From Octopus sinensis (Eukaryota): a DNA stretch of 64,000 nt. Numbering within the stretch: position 1 is the first letter of the stretch; each line of letters starts with the position of its first letter. The stretch lies in contig NC_043000.1 in assembly GCF_006345805.1 (NCBI RefSeq), positions 38,750,001 to 38,814,000 on the forward strand, in the 5' to 3' direction. This document shows positions 24,026 through 36,480 of the stretch, in pieces. The notes below the pieces were generated by a model. That model was given only the letters and a program-made list of their open reading frames with translations, was not told the DNA's origin and ran no database searches. Both the position numbers and the translations under genes were made by a program.

Positions 24026-24164
24026 CGAAAATACCTTAGGAAAGAGAACCCTGGTTCAAAACTTCCCCAAGACACCTGATGAAGGCTGGAAGGTATATCA
24101 ACCGAAACGTTGTGTTAACAACAAACAAGGTGAGGACAAATATCCGTCAAATGTAAATAATGTA
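24026..24164 (+). repeat. Inverted copy of the 23735-23870 tail (pLTR-like 5' inversion)
   Basis: About 135-bp arms are reverse complements with scattered mismatches. Confidence 0.9.
24071..24116 (+). ncRNA. Minimal hammerhead ribozyme motif
   Basis: GACAC-CTGATGA-A-GGCTG-GAAGGTATAT-CAACC-GAAA-CGT-T|GTGTT; helix I 5 bp, ACGT palindrome. Confidence 0.8.
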
Positions 24165-24789
24165 CATAATTCCTCATCTCTTAAATATAGAATTGTACTC
24201 TCTTGTATCAGCTTAGAAATTTTTAAGTGATTTCTTTTGTACCCTAAGTCATTTACCATTCCTATAGTGCCGCACACTTCCCTTGGCATCCTAAGTACCT
24301 GCTTATTTTGATCAAGCGCTGCATTTTCAATAGGAAACGTGGAATGTTTGCAACAAGGTGAGAATCTAAATATACTCAGATTAGAATTCTTTCACACAAA
24401 ACATTGCATCAAAATTTATACACAAAGAATGATGGCCATATTTCAGATAGGATATTTTGAAGATTTTCTCCAGAGTGGAAGCCTAAATCATTTTACAAAG
24501 CACGTTTGTCGGAACAATCATATGACACTTATAACCGTATTCTAGTGAGACTCTGTAACCTACAAGAAAGCGCCTTAGCAAATGGCCATTGTCAGCATCA
24601 ATTTATTCCGATGGAGAGGCTGCGAATGTCCTATAACATTAACTGGGAAGTGGCTTTTAGGAATGTTGCTGTTTCAAAATATGCATGAAGTTCTACAAAT
24701 GAAATAATGAAAAAGGTCAAATTCCAACATGTAGTTAATACAACATATTTAAAGGAGAACTGAGCGCTATTTGTATGCGTATACAGAGG

Positions 24790-25245
24790 TGCATATATAC
24801 ACACACGCAGATAGAAAAGCAGGTAGATATGTAACTAGATAGATACATACCTACATGCACAAACATGCACATATACACAAGCACGTACACACACATACGC
24901 ACACATATAGATAAATAGAGAGGCAGCTAAACAGCCAGAAAGACAGATAGACAGATAGACACACAGAGAGACAAACAGAAAGGCGAATGGATTTGTTGAC
25001 AGACAGATACATACATACACACACACACATACATACATACATACACAAGCAGGTACACACACATACACACACATAGAGATAAATAGAAAGACAGCTAGAC
25101 TGACATACAGACAGACAGACAGAAAGGCAGACAGATATATAGATAGATACATGCATACATAAACACACACATACATTTAGACAGACTGACAGATCGATAG
25201 ATAGATAGATAGATAGATAGATAGAAGATAGATAGATAGATAGAA

Positions 25246-25338
<93 letters not shown>

Positions 25339-25410
25339 TACAGACAGATAGACAGAGCGATTGATTGATTGATTGATTGTTGACTGACTGATTGAATGAA
25401 TGAATGATTG
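24790..25410. repeat. Compound AC/ATAC/AGAC/AGAT microsatellite field with a 168-bp higher-order duplication
   Basis: ATACACAAGCA.GTACACACACATAC..ACACATA.AGATAAATAGA.AG.CAGCTA at 24873 and 25041. Confidence 0.85.
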
Positions 25411-26282
25411 GTTGATTGATAGACGAAATATAGTGATATAGTTATATAGACCTATAAATATGAATAATGAACGACTTACCTAGAGTAATTTCGGCAGACA
25501 TCACGACCCCTTTGTACATTGTTAGCAGCAATAAATTCCACTCTCCGTAAAGAAGTAACCAACTCGTATCTGTCCATCGCCAAGATCGTCGCATTGTGCT
25601 ATATACTCTCTCACGCAGCAAATATATAGGCCAATGTGTTATAGAAATAGCTAGATGGACTTTGATTGGGATTAAAATGACGTCTCCACTTGCAAATAGT
25701 CAGTATATACATGGAATTGTTGACCCCCATTACTGTAACAGGGATGAAGTTATTTGAGGAAACAGTCTTTATTATATGTATACTACTGTGTTGGTAGAGA
25801 ACAAGACTCCATTATCTGCAATGAAACGAAAAGGGAGAAATAAAAACATGTTTCAAACTTTCAAACAAAGGGTGTGTACATACATAAATATTACATTCAT
25901 ATATACATGCATACATACATAAATACATGCGTACATATGCGCACATATGTATATCATTTTTTAACTAATAAGAGTTTGATTTGGATAAGTGTAACTTAAA
26001 GATTCGTAGGTTCGTCAGAAAAACCTAGACTCGTCAGGCGTATTTCCGTCTGACGAGTCTCCAAAGCTTGAAACGAAACCAAATTAATCAACTTGTTATT
26101 AATAAATAGTAATATGTGTAACACCTAGCAACTCTGTTGAAGGCATTTTTCTTTCCTTAGTCCACTCAGTTGTGCATATATATATATATTTGGATAATTA
26201 TACATATAAACTGGGCAGGGATGATTTTAGCTTAATATGCCTGTATTATGAACAAAGGACTGAAGGCGCAACTGGAATTGAT

Positions 26283-27202
26283 ATTACTGGAAGTTATCAA
26301 ATATTGCGGTTTTTTCAATTGCATGATTTGAAATTTGGTGAAGGACGGGATAAACTACCTGCATCAACCTGCTATAAAAGCAGGTAGTTATTTTACCTTG
26401 TCCTTATTCTTAGTGCAAGTTTTGAAGAGTAAAGTTCGATTGTAACAGTTATTTTTTCAAAGCTATAATCCACCGCAAGGCAAAGGAGCATATTCGGCAT
26501 ATTTTACTTTATGAGTTAAATAAGGGGCAACAACACAATGGAAAATGTGAGGAATAATAATGCAACATATGGGGTCGGACAATAAGCATAAGCCTGTGTG
26601 AACGGTGGTTCTAGAAATTCCGATCCAGAAACTACAGTCTAGTAAACGACCCTCGTCCTGGAAGATCCATAGAGCTCGACGAGGACGTTTTTGCAAACCT
26701 TGGTGGAACAAAATCCCATGGTAAATTTTGAGGAACTAGCAGAGTAGTTTAGCTTTGGTCGTTCAACGTGCTATTCAAATCAGTGCTAGAAGGAAAACGA
26801 CTCTCGGTTTCAAGACGAAAGGCGTTCTTCCATCAGGATAATGCTCAGCCACATACAGCGAGGAAGACATTCCAAAGGCTAGAACAGTTTGGATGAGGAA
26901 CGATGCCACCCCACCAAATTCGCCGGATATTGCCCCATCTGATTATCATTTATTCCGCAGTCTTCAAAATAATTTGGACGAAAAGAATATAAATTCTTTA
27001 GACGAGGGTAGAACAGTACTGGAGGAGTATTTTTCGGCACGGACAAGCGAATTTTGGAAGAGTGCTCTGCAAGTCAACCAGATAGATAGAAGAGCTTTGA
27101 GGAAAATGAAGGAGAGTAGATTTGGGATTAAAAAGAGAACTTTGTTATCTTAAATTTTATAAATAGAAGTGTCAAAAAGCGCATTATTTATGGGATGGCC
27201 CA

Positions 27203-27205
<3 letters not shown>
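26283..27205 (+). mobile_element. Internally deleted mariner (Hsmar/mauritiana-like)
   Basis: KEHIRHILLYELNKG...CERWF*KFRS...DPRPGRSIELDED, a deletion near 26767, then FFHQDNAQPH...PPNSPDIAPSDYHLFRSLQN. The 3' TIR ends ATGGGATGGCCCAATA before (TA)n; the 5' TIR is degenerate. Confidence 0.9.
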
Positions 27206-27277
<72 letters not shown>

Positions 27278-27636
27278 TGTGTGTGTGAATGTATGCATGT
27301 AGATACGTTCGTACGTACGTATGTATGTATGTATGTATGTATGTATGTATGTATGTATGTAGATATGTAGTGTCTTCTCCCTGAGATCTGCTTCAGTAAG
27401 TGCTAATGGAATCGTAGAGAAGGTGTCGTGACGTGTCTTGAGCCTTTTATGAACGATCTCTCACAGACAATTACCTCTTGGAACTGAGACAAAAAAAACT
27501 GAAAAGAAACAGTGTATGTATGTTCATGGGTATGTTTGTGTGATAAGTGGGAGAGAGACAGAGAGAGAAAATGAGTGATGGAGAAAGAGAAAGAGAAAAG
27601 TGAGAGCGAGAGCGAGAGTTGGGAGGATTAAGAGAA

Positions 27637-27790
27637 TAATTGACCCCACTTCGAGATCAGTACTCCAATTATCGACCTGGAAGGATGGGCTATAAGGTAA
27701 TGTTTACTGCAACGGTAATTGAACTCAACGCACCCAGAGCCGGAACTGAACTATCACTGCAAAACAACCTGATCGATATCCTAGTCATTC
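27637..27790 (-). mobile_element. SINE family C fragment
   Basis: AATTATCGACCTGGAAGGATG...TTTGAACTC. Confidence 0.65.
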
Positions 27791-28050
27791 TGACAATTAT
27801 CCACCGCATGCATGCACAGCTCCATACATAGGTATGCATGTGAATATATACGTGTGTGTGCGCGCGCATGCGTGAGCGTGTGTGTGAATGTGTGTGTGTG
27901 TGCGTGTGTGTCTGTGTGTGTGTTAGTATGTGTGTGTGTGTGTGTGTGTGTGAGTGAGTGAGTGTGAGTGTGTGTGTGTGTGTGTCCTGTACTTAATCAT
28001 TAAAACTCTTCTGCTGAAGAAGGAGCTGGTTTCTAACAAAGCTACAAAGC

Positions 28051-28268
28051 TCTATCTTACAATAATGGGCGTTATGTCCGTCTTTTTGTCCGTCTGCCCG
28101 TCTCGGTCTGTACCGTCTCCACGGCCAGACGGCTGGACCAATGGTTACGATATTTTTCGGGATTACAAAGACGCTCGTCAGAAAGGTTTTTAACATAAAA
28201 AAAAACCGGCAACTCGTTGGTTTCATCCTTGGTCACGAGATTCGTTCGTGCTATGTCAAGTCAATTAG
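28051..28268 (+). mobile_element. Non-autonomous Helitron-like element (Lep1/HINE-like layout)
   Basis: 5' TC start, GTCCGTCT-like microsatellite, CACGGC..ACGGCTGGACCAAT block, subterminal hairpin CACGA-GATTCGT-TCGTG; no clean CTAG end. Confidence 0.45.
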
Positions 28269-29419
28269 CTGGCCTTCCACAGTACGTTTGAACATACTTA
28301 TTTAGTGGTTTCCTGTAAAATGTCAGCCTCTTATACCAGTACCCAGCTATCAGGGCCCTTCCAGCTGCTCTCCCATTATGCAGTTTGGCTACAGCTAACG
28401 GGAACATTTCTGGGTCAATTGCATATCTTTTACTGTTGCTGTTTGCACATTATTTTCTCTTTATTGCATTTGGTCACGATGCATTGAGTTTGAGATTCCT
28501 CTTTTTATTCCATATTTTCAACCAGAATGATTCAAAATCTTCTCTAGAGTGAGGATTTCTTGACAGGTGTATTTTCCTTACTCATCTTTCTATATACTGT
28601 CTGTGAGTTAAAAGCAAAACTTGCGAATTATACAGATTCGTTCAAAAATTCGTTTGTGGTAGCAAAGATTCTCGTTCAGAGCCCTTAGCTTGTTGTGAAG
28701 AGCCACCATACGGTTTATCTAATTTGTTGATAAGATGTGACTTATTGTTCCTCTTACATTTTATTCTCGTTGTTAACTATTCAATATGGCAGCTTAAATT
28801 ACTGATGGTATCTTCAATTTTTGTTTTCCATCGAGGTTTTTTGGCTTCGTACTTTCATTACCATGTATACGGCAGTCTTCTCCTAGGTATTCTTTAAGAA
28901 TAATAGCAACTATGTATATGAGGTTTTTCATACTCGAGTAATTAATATCACACGACTCCATGTGCTTACCAGCCTCCAAGGCGGTGCTCCATAATGGCCA
29001 CAGTGTCGTGCCAGGAATAAGTGAAGGATACAGCATAAACGTTGTTTCAGTATTTGTCTAATAATAGAAGGAAACTAGACCTAGATTTCACAGACATCTT
29101 AATGAAGAACTCAGAAATTGTCCACATACCTGAAAGACAATTGGTAATGCCGATGCTTTCTCGCTAAATATGATGTGGTAAGAGAGGTTTAAAAGTCGAT
29201 ATGAAGGAGAAATAATCATTTGTGGGTAAAAATGGCAAGAGGAGACAACTCCGAAATATAAATTGATAAAGTTTAATGCAAATGGAATGAAATTAAAATA
29301 AGAGAAAGTGTGTTTCATGTTTGCAACGTGCCGATAATTCCAGAAGATAATATTTCAAATGTTGTTGATTTTTCCTATCGATATACTTATCTCCTATATT
29401 TCTCACTGTAGTTTCGAGT

Positions 29420-29755
29420 CCCCCCCGCCTGGCATTATCATCGTCATCATGATTATCATTATACTCGCCATCACCATTAACGACATCAACATCAAAATCA
29501 TCGTCATAATCAACATCACCATTATCACCAACATCATCATCATCACCATCATCATCGTCGTCACCATCATCATCACCACCACCACTAGCACCACTACCAT
29601 CATTATCATTATCATTCCCAATCCGTTATTACCACTATTTTCCCCCATCACATTTTTCATTCCCTTATCTCCGCTCCTGATGCATTACAATCATCATCAC
29701 CACCATCATCATCATCATCATCATCAACATCATCATCCCCATCATCACCATCATC

Positions 29756-29805
<50 letters not shown>

Positions 29806-29888
29806 CATCACCATCATCATCATTATCATCAACATCATCATCATCATCATCATCATCCATCATCATCATCATCATCACCATCATCACC

Positions 29889-29922
<34 letters not shown>

Positions 29923-29959
29923 TCATCATATCATCATCATCATCCCCATCATCATCACC

Positions 29960-30035
<76 letters not shown>

Positions 30036-30125
30036 CAATCGTCGTCGTCGTCGTCGTCATTGTCTTTACCTCCCATTCATCATCACCTCCTCCACCGTCG
30101 CTACTACCATCATCATGATCATCTG
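29420..30125. repeat. About 700-bp (CAT/CAC)n low-complexity field
   Basis: Direct reading; source of the His/Ile/Asp-rich pseudo-ORFs. Confidence 0.95.
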
Positions 30126-31044
30126 ATTTCTCATATATTTGAAAGGTTTATGAATTAAATCGATCACCTCTATCCACCTAAAGTCATTGTCTTTAATCAA
30201 TATCTAACTTACAATGCCTTTCGACCTCGTCTTATAATTTCGCTTCTTCCTCCACCTCCTCCTCCTCCTTCTCCCCGTCCGCCTCATTTATTTTCTCCTT
30301 CCTCTTCTTCTTATCCTTCATCACCATTTTTTTTCTTATTATCTCTTATTACTACCACCCACAATGCTTTCTTCAAAAACAATATTAAATCGTTCGCTCT
30401 TTAATATTTCTCGTATATTCACATCTGGTGTGGAAGCTACATAGCGGAGAAAGCTACATAGCAAGAGATAAACACGAATCTATATATTATTGCATTAATA
30501 GTTGTGTTAGATCTGTTAGAATCGCAAGTGTTTGGACATCATCCCGAAAATATATTCCTTGATATATATATCAAAATAAGCAGGTGCTTAGGATACCAAG
30601 GGAAGTGTGCGGCACTACAGGAATGGTAAATAACTTAGGGTACAAAAGAAATCACTTTGCTAGAGGAATATAAGCAACGAAAAACGTTTAGCCATGTTTA
30701 AAGTGTTCACACATAATTATAGAATTGCTTCTGATATATCTAAGAGAAGATATGGTCTAAGCATTTAAACCGACCAGAATCCGGCGCATGTACAATTCCT
30801 GCTTTATGTTCAAAGTAGCCAGATCAGGCTTCCAACCCCTACTCTTTGAGAAAGCTATTCCCAAAGGAACGAGTCACTTCATTGAATTCTCAGAGCTGCA
30901 ATACAATGCAAATAATGTAAATATATACAAAATAATGTAAAGATAAAATTTATAATATATAAAATAATGTAAATATAAAGAATTTCCTTTGATAGAGTTA
31001 TCTGAACGCTAAAGAGTTAATTCTCAGTTAATACCAATTGTAAA

Positions 31045-31315
31045 GGCGTACAGAGCAGTGGTTAGGGTGTTGTTGCAATCACAATTGTAAGATCACAGTT
31101 TCAATTCCTGGGTCAAGGGGCGCATTGTGTTCTTGAGTAAGACTCTTCATTTCACGTTGACTCAGTCCACTCAGCTGGCAAGACTGAAACTCAGCAAGCG
31201 GCTGGAAGTTAACTCTGCGATGGAGCAGCATCCTGTTCAGTGGGGATTGCTGTAATCTCAGGAACTTATACTTCATGTAAACGGGATGAAGCCCTGGTCT
31301 AATGAGTCCAGGGGG
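31045..31315 (+). mobile_element. tRNA-derived CORE-type SINE (family-D-like head, different tail)
   Basis: GCAGTGGTTAGGGTG...TTGTGTTCTTGAGTAAGAC...CCACTCAGCTGG...TGCGATGGAGCAGCATCCTGTTCAG. Confidence 0.75.
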
Positions 31316-31351
31316 ATGATAAGAAAACTAAGTGTGAGTAATATGAATTTA

Positions 31352-31503
31352 GGCGCAGGAGTGGCTGTGTGGTAACCATGTGCTTACCAACCACATGGTT
31401 CCGGGTTCAGTCCCACTGCATGAAACCTTGGGCAAGTGTCTTCTACTATAGCCTGGGGCTGACCAAAGCTTTGTGAGTGAATTTGGTAGACGGAAACTGA
31501 AAC
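31352..31503 (+). mobile_element. SINE head A (solo)
   Basis: Near-identical to 6053-6205. Confidence 0.9.
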
Positions 31504-31707
31504 TTAAAGGTATAGCGTTTGTAATAGTCTGGATAGAATTGACATATCGGTTCCATTCTAGCAAAAACTGTCCGATGAACGGCAACGGGAAACTCAGAGT
31601 AACATGTTTTGTTGAATTTTCTGCTGCTTTAAATAAAGCATATTACTCTACCACTGGTATTTGAGTACTCTTTTTTCCACCTTGTTTCACATTTATGTGT
31701 TTACTCC

Positions 31708-31801
<94 letters not shown>

Positions 31802-32632
31802 TGTGTGTGCATGCACGTTATGATATATATATATATATCATAAGAACGACAGAGAAAAGCAAGAACAAAACAACAAACAACAACAACAGCAACAACAACA
31901 ACAACTACCGCAACAACAGCATCAACAGCTTAAATAACCGCTGCAATGACAACAAGCACAAAAACAATAACAACTGCAACGCTTCGAATTGCCGCCATGA
32001 AATATTCTCCATTGTGCAGTAAGCCAATTAAAAGCGACTTTACAAGACTGCTCGACTTTCTAGTTATAGTAGCCAAATCGCCCTTAAATATGAAAAGAAG
32101 CTAGATCAGTTCAATAAACTGTATACATCGATTTAAAACAATTGACCGGTTTAACTTCTCTCTCCCACCTGGTCTCCTTCTCCCTCTTAGTCTCTCTCTC
32201 CCCCTCCCTTCTCCTCTCCCGTTCTCCACCCCACTTTACTCTATGCATACTCACACACAGATATATGCATATTCATTGTTTGGTGTTAGCTGGGACGACT
32301 TCAAGTTAGGCCTTAACGAGTTGTTTGACCAGTCTGGCTGGACAAACCATCAAAAGGTGAAACTGCAAGTCCCAGACAACCGAAAAACAATCGATAAGTT
32401 TTACTTTACTACTTCTATACTCTTTCACATTATTCAACGTTTGGTTGTCTTCTAGGAATTGAAAAGCAATATTACATAAGTCACTCTGACACACACACAT
32501 TCATACATATGCACATACGCACACACACGTACACATACGCCTATGAATTATATGAATTCAGCGTGCACTAACAGATTACCCTACGTTTCTCCAGTAAAAG
32601 GAGTAATCCTGCTGTACGTTGGTAATGCATGT

Positions 32633-32680
<48 letters not shown>

Positions 32681-32698
32681 TATATATAATATATATAT

Positions 32699-33048
32699 AT
32701 ACTCAAGCCTATTCCCCATTTTGTAGGAGGGGCTGGTCACAACAAGACACACACCAGGCATTCCATTTATTTTCCCAGCTCAAAAGAAACGAGCCCTGTT
32801 CTATGCTCGGGTCAAGGGATAGAACGTAACCCTCCAGTATCAGCTGCGGGTCCCGACAGCATATGCTAGTTTAGCCCCGCCGCATCATGCTGGCTCATTA
32901 CCATTTTGACCCCTATCAAATTCACTCATCTGTCCTCAAACACTCTCCAAGCTTTCTCATCATTCATAAACTCTCTTACCTCTCTCACTCCAACACCTCT
33001 AACCACCAAAGCTTTCCTCATTCCATCCATCCACGCAAACTGAGGTCT
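32699..33048 (-). mobile_element. RTE-like LINE 3' end
   Basis: Minus strand RPQFAWMDGMRKALVVRGVGVREVREFMNDEKAWRVF* resembles the RTE C-terminal RP..W.D...DR..WR motif; followed by a 3' UTR and (TA)n. Confidence 0.6.
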
Positions 33049-34079
33049 GTATGTGTGCATATATTTATGTATGTGTGGCGAGTAATTTTGTTATAAATTC
33101 AATACACATAATTCCACTTTTATCAAATTTCTTGTTGCTTATAGGAAATGAATATTAATTTTCAGATGAAAAATAGTTATTACTTTAAAACAAAAATGAA
33201 AAAAAATTTAAGAAATAAAAGAAATCAAAAGAAAAGAACGGTAACTCAATTACCCCTGATATTTATTTTCTGTGATTGATGTTTATAAACATTCACACTT
33301 TCTCACTCATGTTTTCTCACTCTTTATAAAGATATAGCCGTCCTGCATCCTCTTCGTTTCTATGATACCTTGTCTGCCACCTAGCCTATTATGTGTTCTC
33401 ATTCTGCATCACTTATGCTGACTCTCATTCCTTATATCTCTTTTATGCTCTCTCCATCTCTCTCTATAATATAAAGCGTGCCTAGAGAAATCAGTAAACT
33501 GTCCAACCAGCACATCTATCAGCCAATATTATACAGAGATAAACCAGCATAATAAACAGATATCTCTACAGATCAGCATTAACTAGGCTGCCTGCCGTTT
33601 ATAGCACAGTTACTGCGATATATAATATATAGCGCAATGTAAATTAGTTTGGTATATAATTATATTTTAAAAGAACATACTGTTACGAATGTCTATTGAC
33701 GAATTGGATTATAAACTACGTCTGTGATGCTTCTCGACTTAACAGAAGACACACTTGTGTTTGAAGCAACGAGAAAACAAAGACGAGAATACTTTGGATT
33801 TTATAGGCAGTCTCTTCTTTCTCATTGATTTCAGCACACTGTCATTATGAATTAAAACTGTGTGCTAGCAACTGAGACGAGATGAGAGCCAGACTATCTA
33901 CGTCAAAACTGTTTTGAAGTATACAGAATGAGAGTGTGCGTATGCCGGTGCATGTGTATATGCGTGCATGCATATATGTGTGCGTATTAGTTTATTGCAA
34001 TTATCTGTCTGTCTACCTATGTATCTGTCAAACTATCTGTATATGTGTGTGTGTGTGATTATGTATAATATTCAATACA

Positions 34080-34116
<37 letters not shown>

Positions 34117-34302
34117 GTATACAATGCATATTGTTATATAAATATATATATATACAAATAAAAAACATACATTATGTCATATATATATAATATGCATTGG
34201 ACATTATACATTTTCACACACACACATACACAAACACCCACACACCAACACACACACAAATACACATATAAAGCGAGAGAAAGAGAGAGGGAGATAGATA
34301 GC

Positions 34303-34397
<95 letters not shown>

Positions 34398-35779
34398 ATA
34401 TATATACGAGCTTACTAGCTCCTGTGGAGGCCTCTTCAATACGCCTTTGGGACAAACAGTGAAACTTCATGCATCGAATACATATTAAATTTTATTAAAC
34501 TTGACCAATATATTTCAGGCAATGAACAACTTTCATCAAAACAATGATATAATTTGTCGAGTTGGAATTTATTGCAAAGCTGCATCATAAATAACATTTT
34601 TGTCTTCCCATTCAGGGGTCAGCTTGTTTCCATTTCCCACCCTTCAACAACCAGCATATAGCTGGCCCAAGGCAACAATAAACTTACCTTTTAAAAGGTC
34701 ATGGATAATTCTTCTGCCGCCACTTAATTTAAAGTCAATAAGATGTACGTAGAGCCTTAGTTTTCGAACAAACACTTATTTGTAATAGCTATTTAAACTC
34801 CTGTTTGTAATTGGAAGGAAAATTACACCACTGATGCTAAACACTATTTTAAAGTGCGATTCTTATTTTATGGAATCGCTCTAAACATATTTGACCATAA
34901 AAACGTTTGAAATTTAGTATTTTGTATTAATTTTTAAGGTAATAATAAAATTAGTCGAATCCATAGCTCCGACGGCCAATGGCATGAAAATAGGTTCGAT
35001 TAATTTTATTGATATCTCAAAATATACTAAGTTTCAAAAAATGTTTATGGTAGAGAGCTATGAGAGGTAATATTCTATGAGTGAGTGAGTTCAATACGTA
35101 TTTCAGTTCCGAATGTTATGAAGCATGAGTTACCGTTATTTACTTGATACAGTTATAATATTTGGAGAAAGAGGTTTTGAAAGTTCTATTTTAGAAAATA
35201 CTTTTGTAAATAGTTATAATATTTAGTGAAATATTTATTTTTCAATATTAGGATTAGGAAAAAAACCCATGAATAAAGAATAGTAGAATAGTAGAAGACT
35301 CATTGAATAGTGAGAGAAGGGTAAAACATGAGCAATAGTAGAAGTGTCATTGAATTGTGAAAGAAGGTTATCGGATCAGTAAAGTTGAAAAAGTGTGACA
35401 CAACGACACACTGACATTCGCTTTCGCAATTTATTATTATAGATATATGTGTGTATGTGTGTGTGTGTGTGTGTGTGTATGTGTGTGTGTGTGTGTGGTG
35501 TGTGTGTGTGTGTGTGTGCGTGCGTGTGTGTGTGCAGTTGTATGTTGATGTATACGGATTAACCACATATAACATCTGTAGGTATGGGGAAAGCGCTAAA
35601 ACACAACACGAAAAAATTCGGAAAGCTTTGTCTGCTGCCGTTTCCGTTTTTAAAATAAAATTTGTTTCTAATCCAAGTAAATCGCTCTTCAAATATTGTG
35701 ACTGTAACAAGAATTCTTTACAAACATTCTTTAAACATACATGCACGCGCGTGTATGTTTATATGTGTGTGTCTGTGTG

Positions 35780-35932
35780 TGTGCGCGTGCGCCGTGTGTG
35801 TATGTATGTATGTATGTATGTATATATGCATGTATGTATGTATGTATGTATGTATGTATGTATGTATGTATGTATGTATGTATGTATGTATGTATGTATG
35901 TATGTATGTATGTATGTATGTATGTATGTATG
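35780..35932. repeat. (GTAT)n microsatellite field
   Basis: Direct reading. Confidence 0.95.
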
Positions 35933-36480
35933 TGGTTGTGTTCGTGTGTGTACATATAATGTGTTCGCATCTGTGTGTATAAATATACATAATGTCATTT
36001 TCCTATTTAGTTTTCCTGATTTGCATTCGAATTCATAGCAAAATTTTCCATTAATGTTTTTCCTAAAAGTATCGAAGATCCACCCGTATTACTTTCAAAT
36101 TTAAAGTAAAAGGAATTATAAAAATATAGAGAAACTGATCGAACGCTAAAGAAACTAGCTACAAAAAATGTGCAAAATAAAATGGTAAAATAAAATTAGG
36201 AAAAACGATGGAGCGAATTTACTTCAAAGGATATTTTGGTGTGAGGAATTTACATATTGAAAGCTTGGTATATTCCTGAAAAATTATCAGTTGAAAATTT
36301 CAATATTCGTATTACTTTAAAACATTAAAGCCGGGTTAATGTGAATTTGTATAGCATTCCTGGCATTTAAGTTGCATGGCAATGGATAAATTCATGAAGA
36401 CAGAAATGACAGAAAAAATTTAGGTAGACTACTTGCGTAGACTGAGATTGATCTTTAAGTCGAAATTAAACGGACTTAGA

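Noticed and set aside
28140-28190. CTGACGA...GAAA on the minus strand
   Set aside because: Helix II and helix III cannot be paired
29359-30126. 255-aa His/Ile-rich ORF and the Asp/Met-rich antisense ORFs
   Set aside because: Stop-free only because of (CAT/CAC)n; the repeat phase shifts internally and there is no supported splice context
35570-35730. Non-repetitive stretch inside the 195-aa ORF as an exon
   Set aside because: No protein motif recognised, and the ORF is open mainly because of the flanking microsatellites
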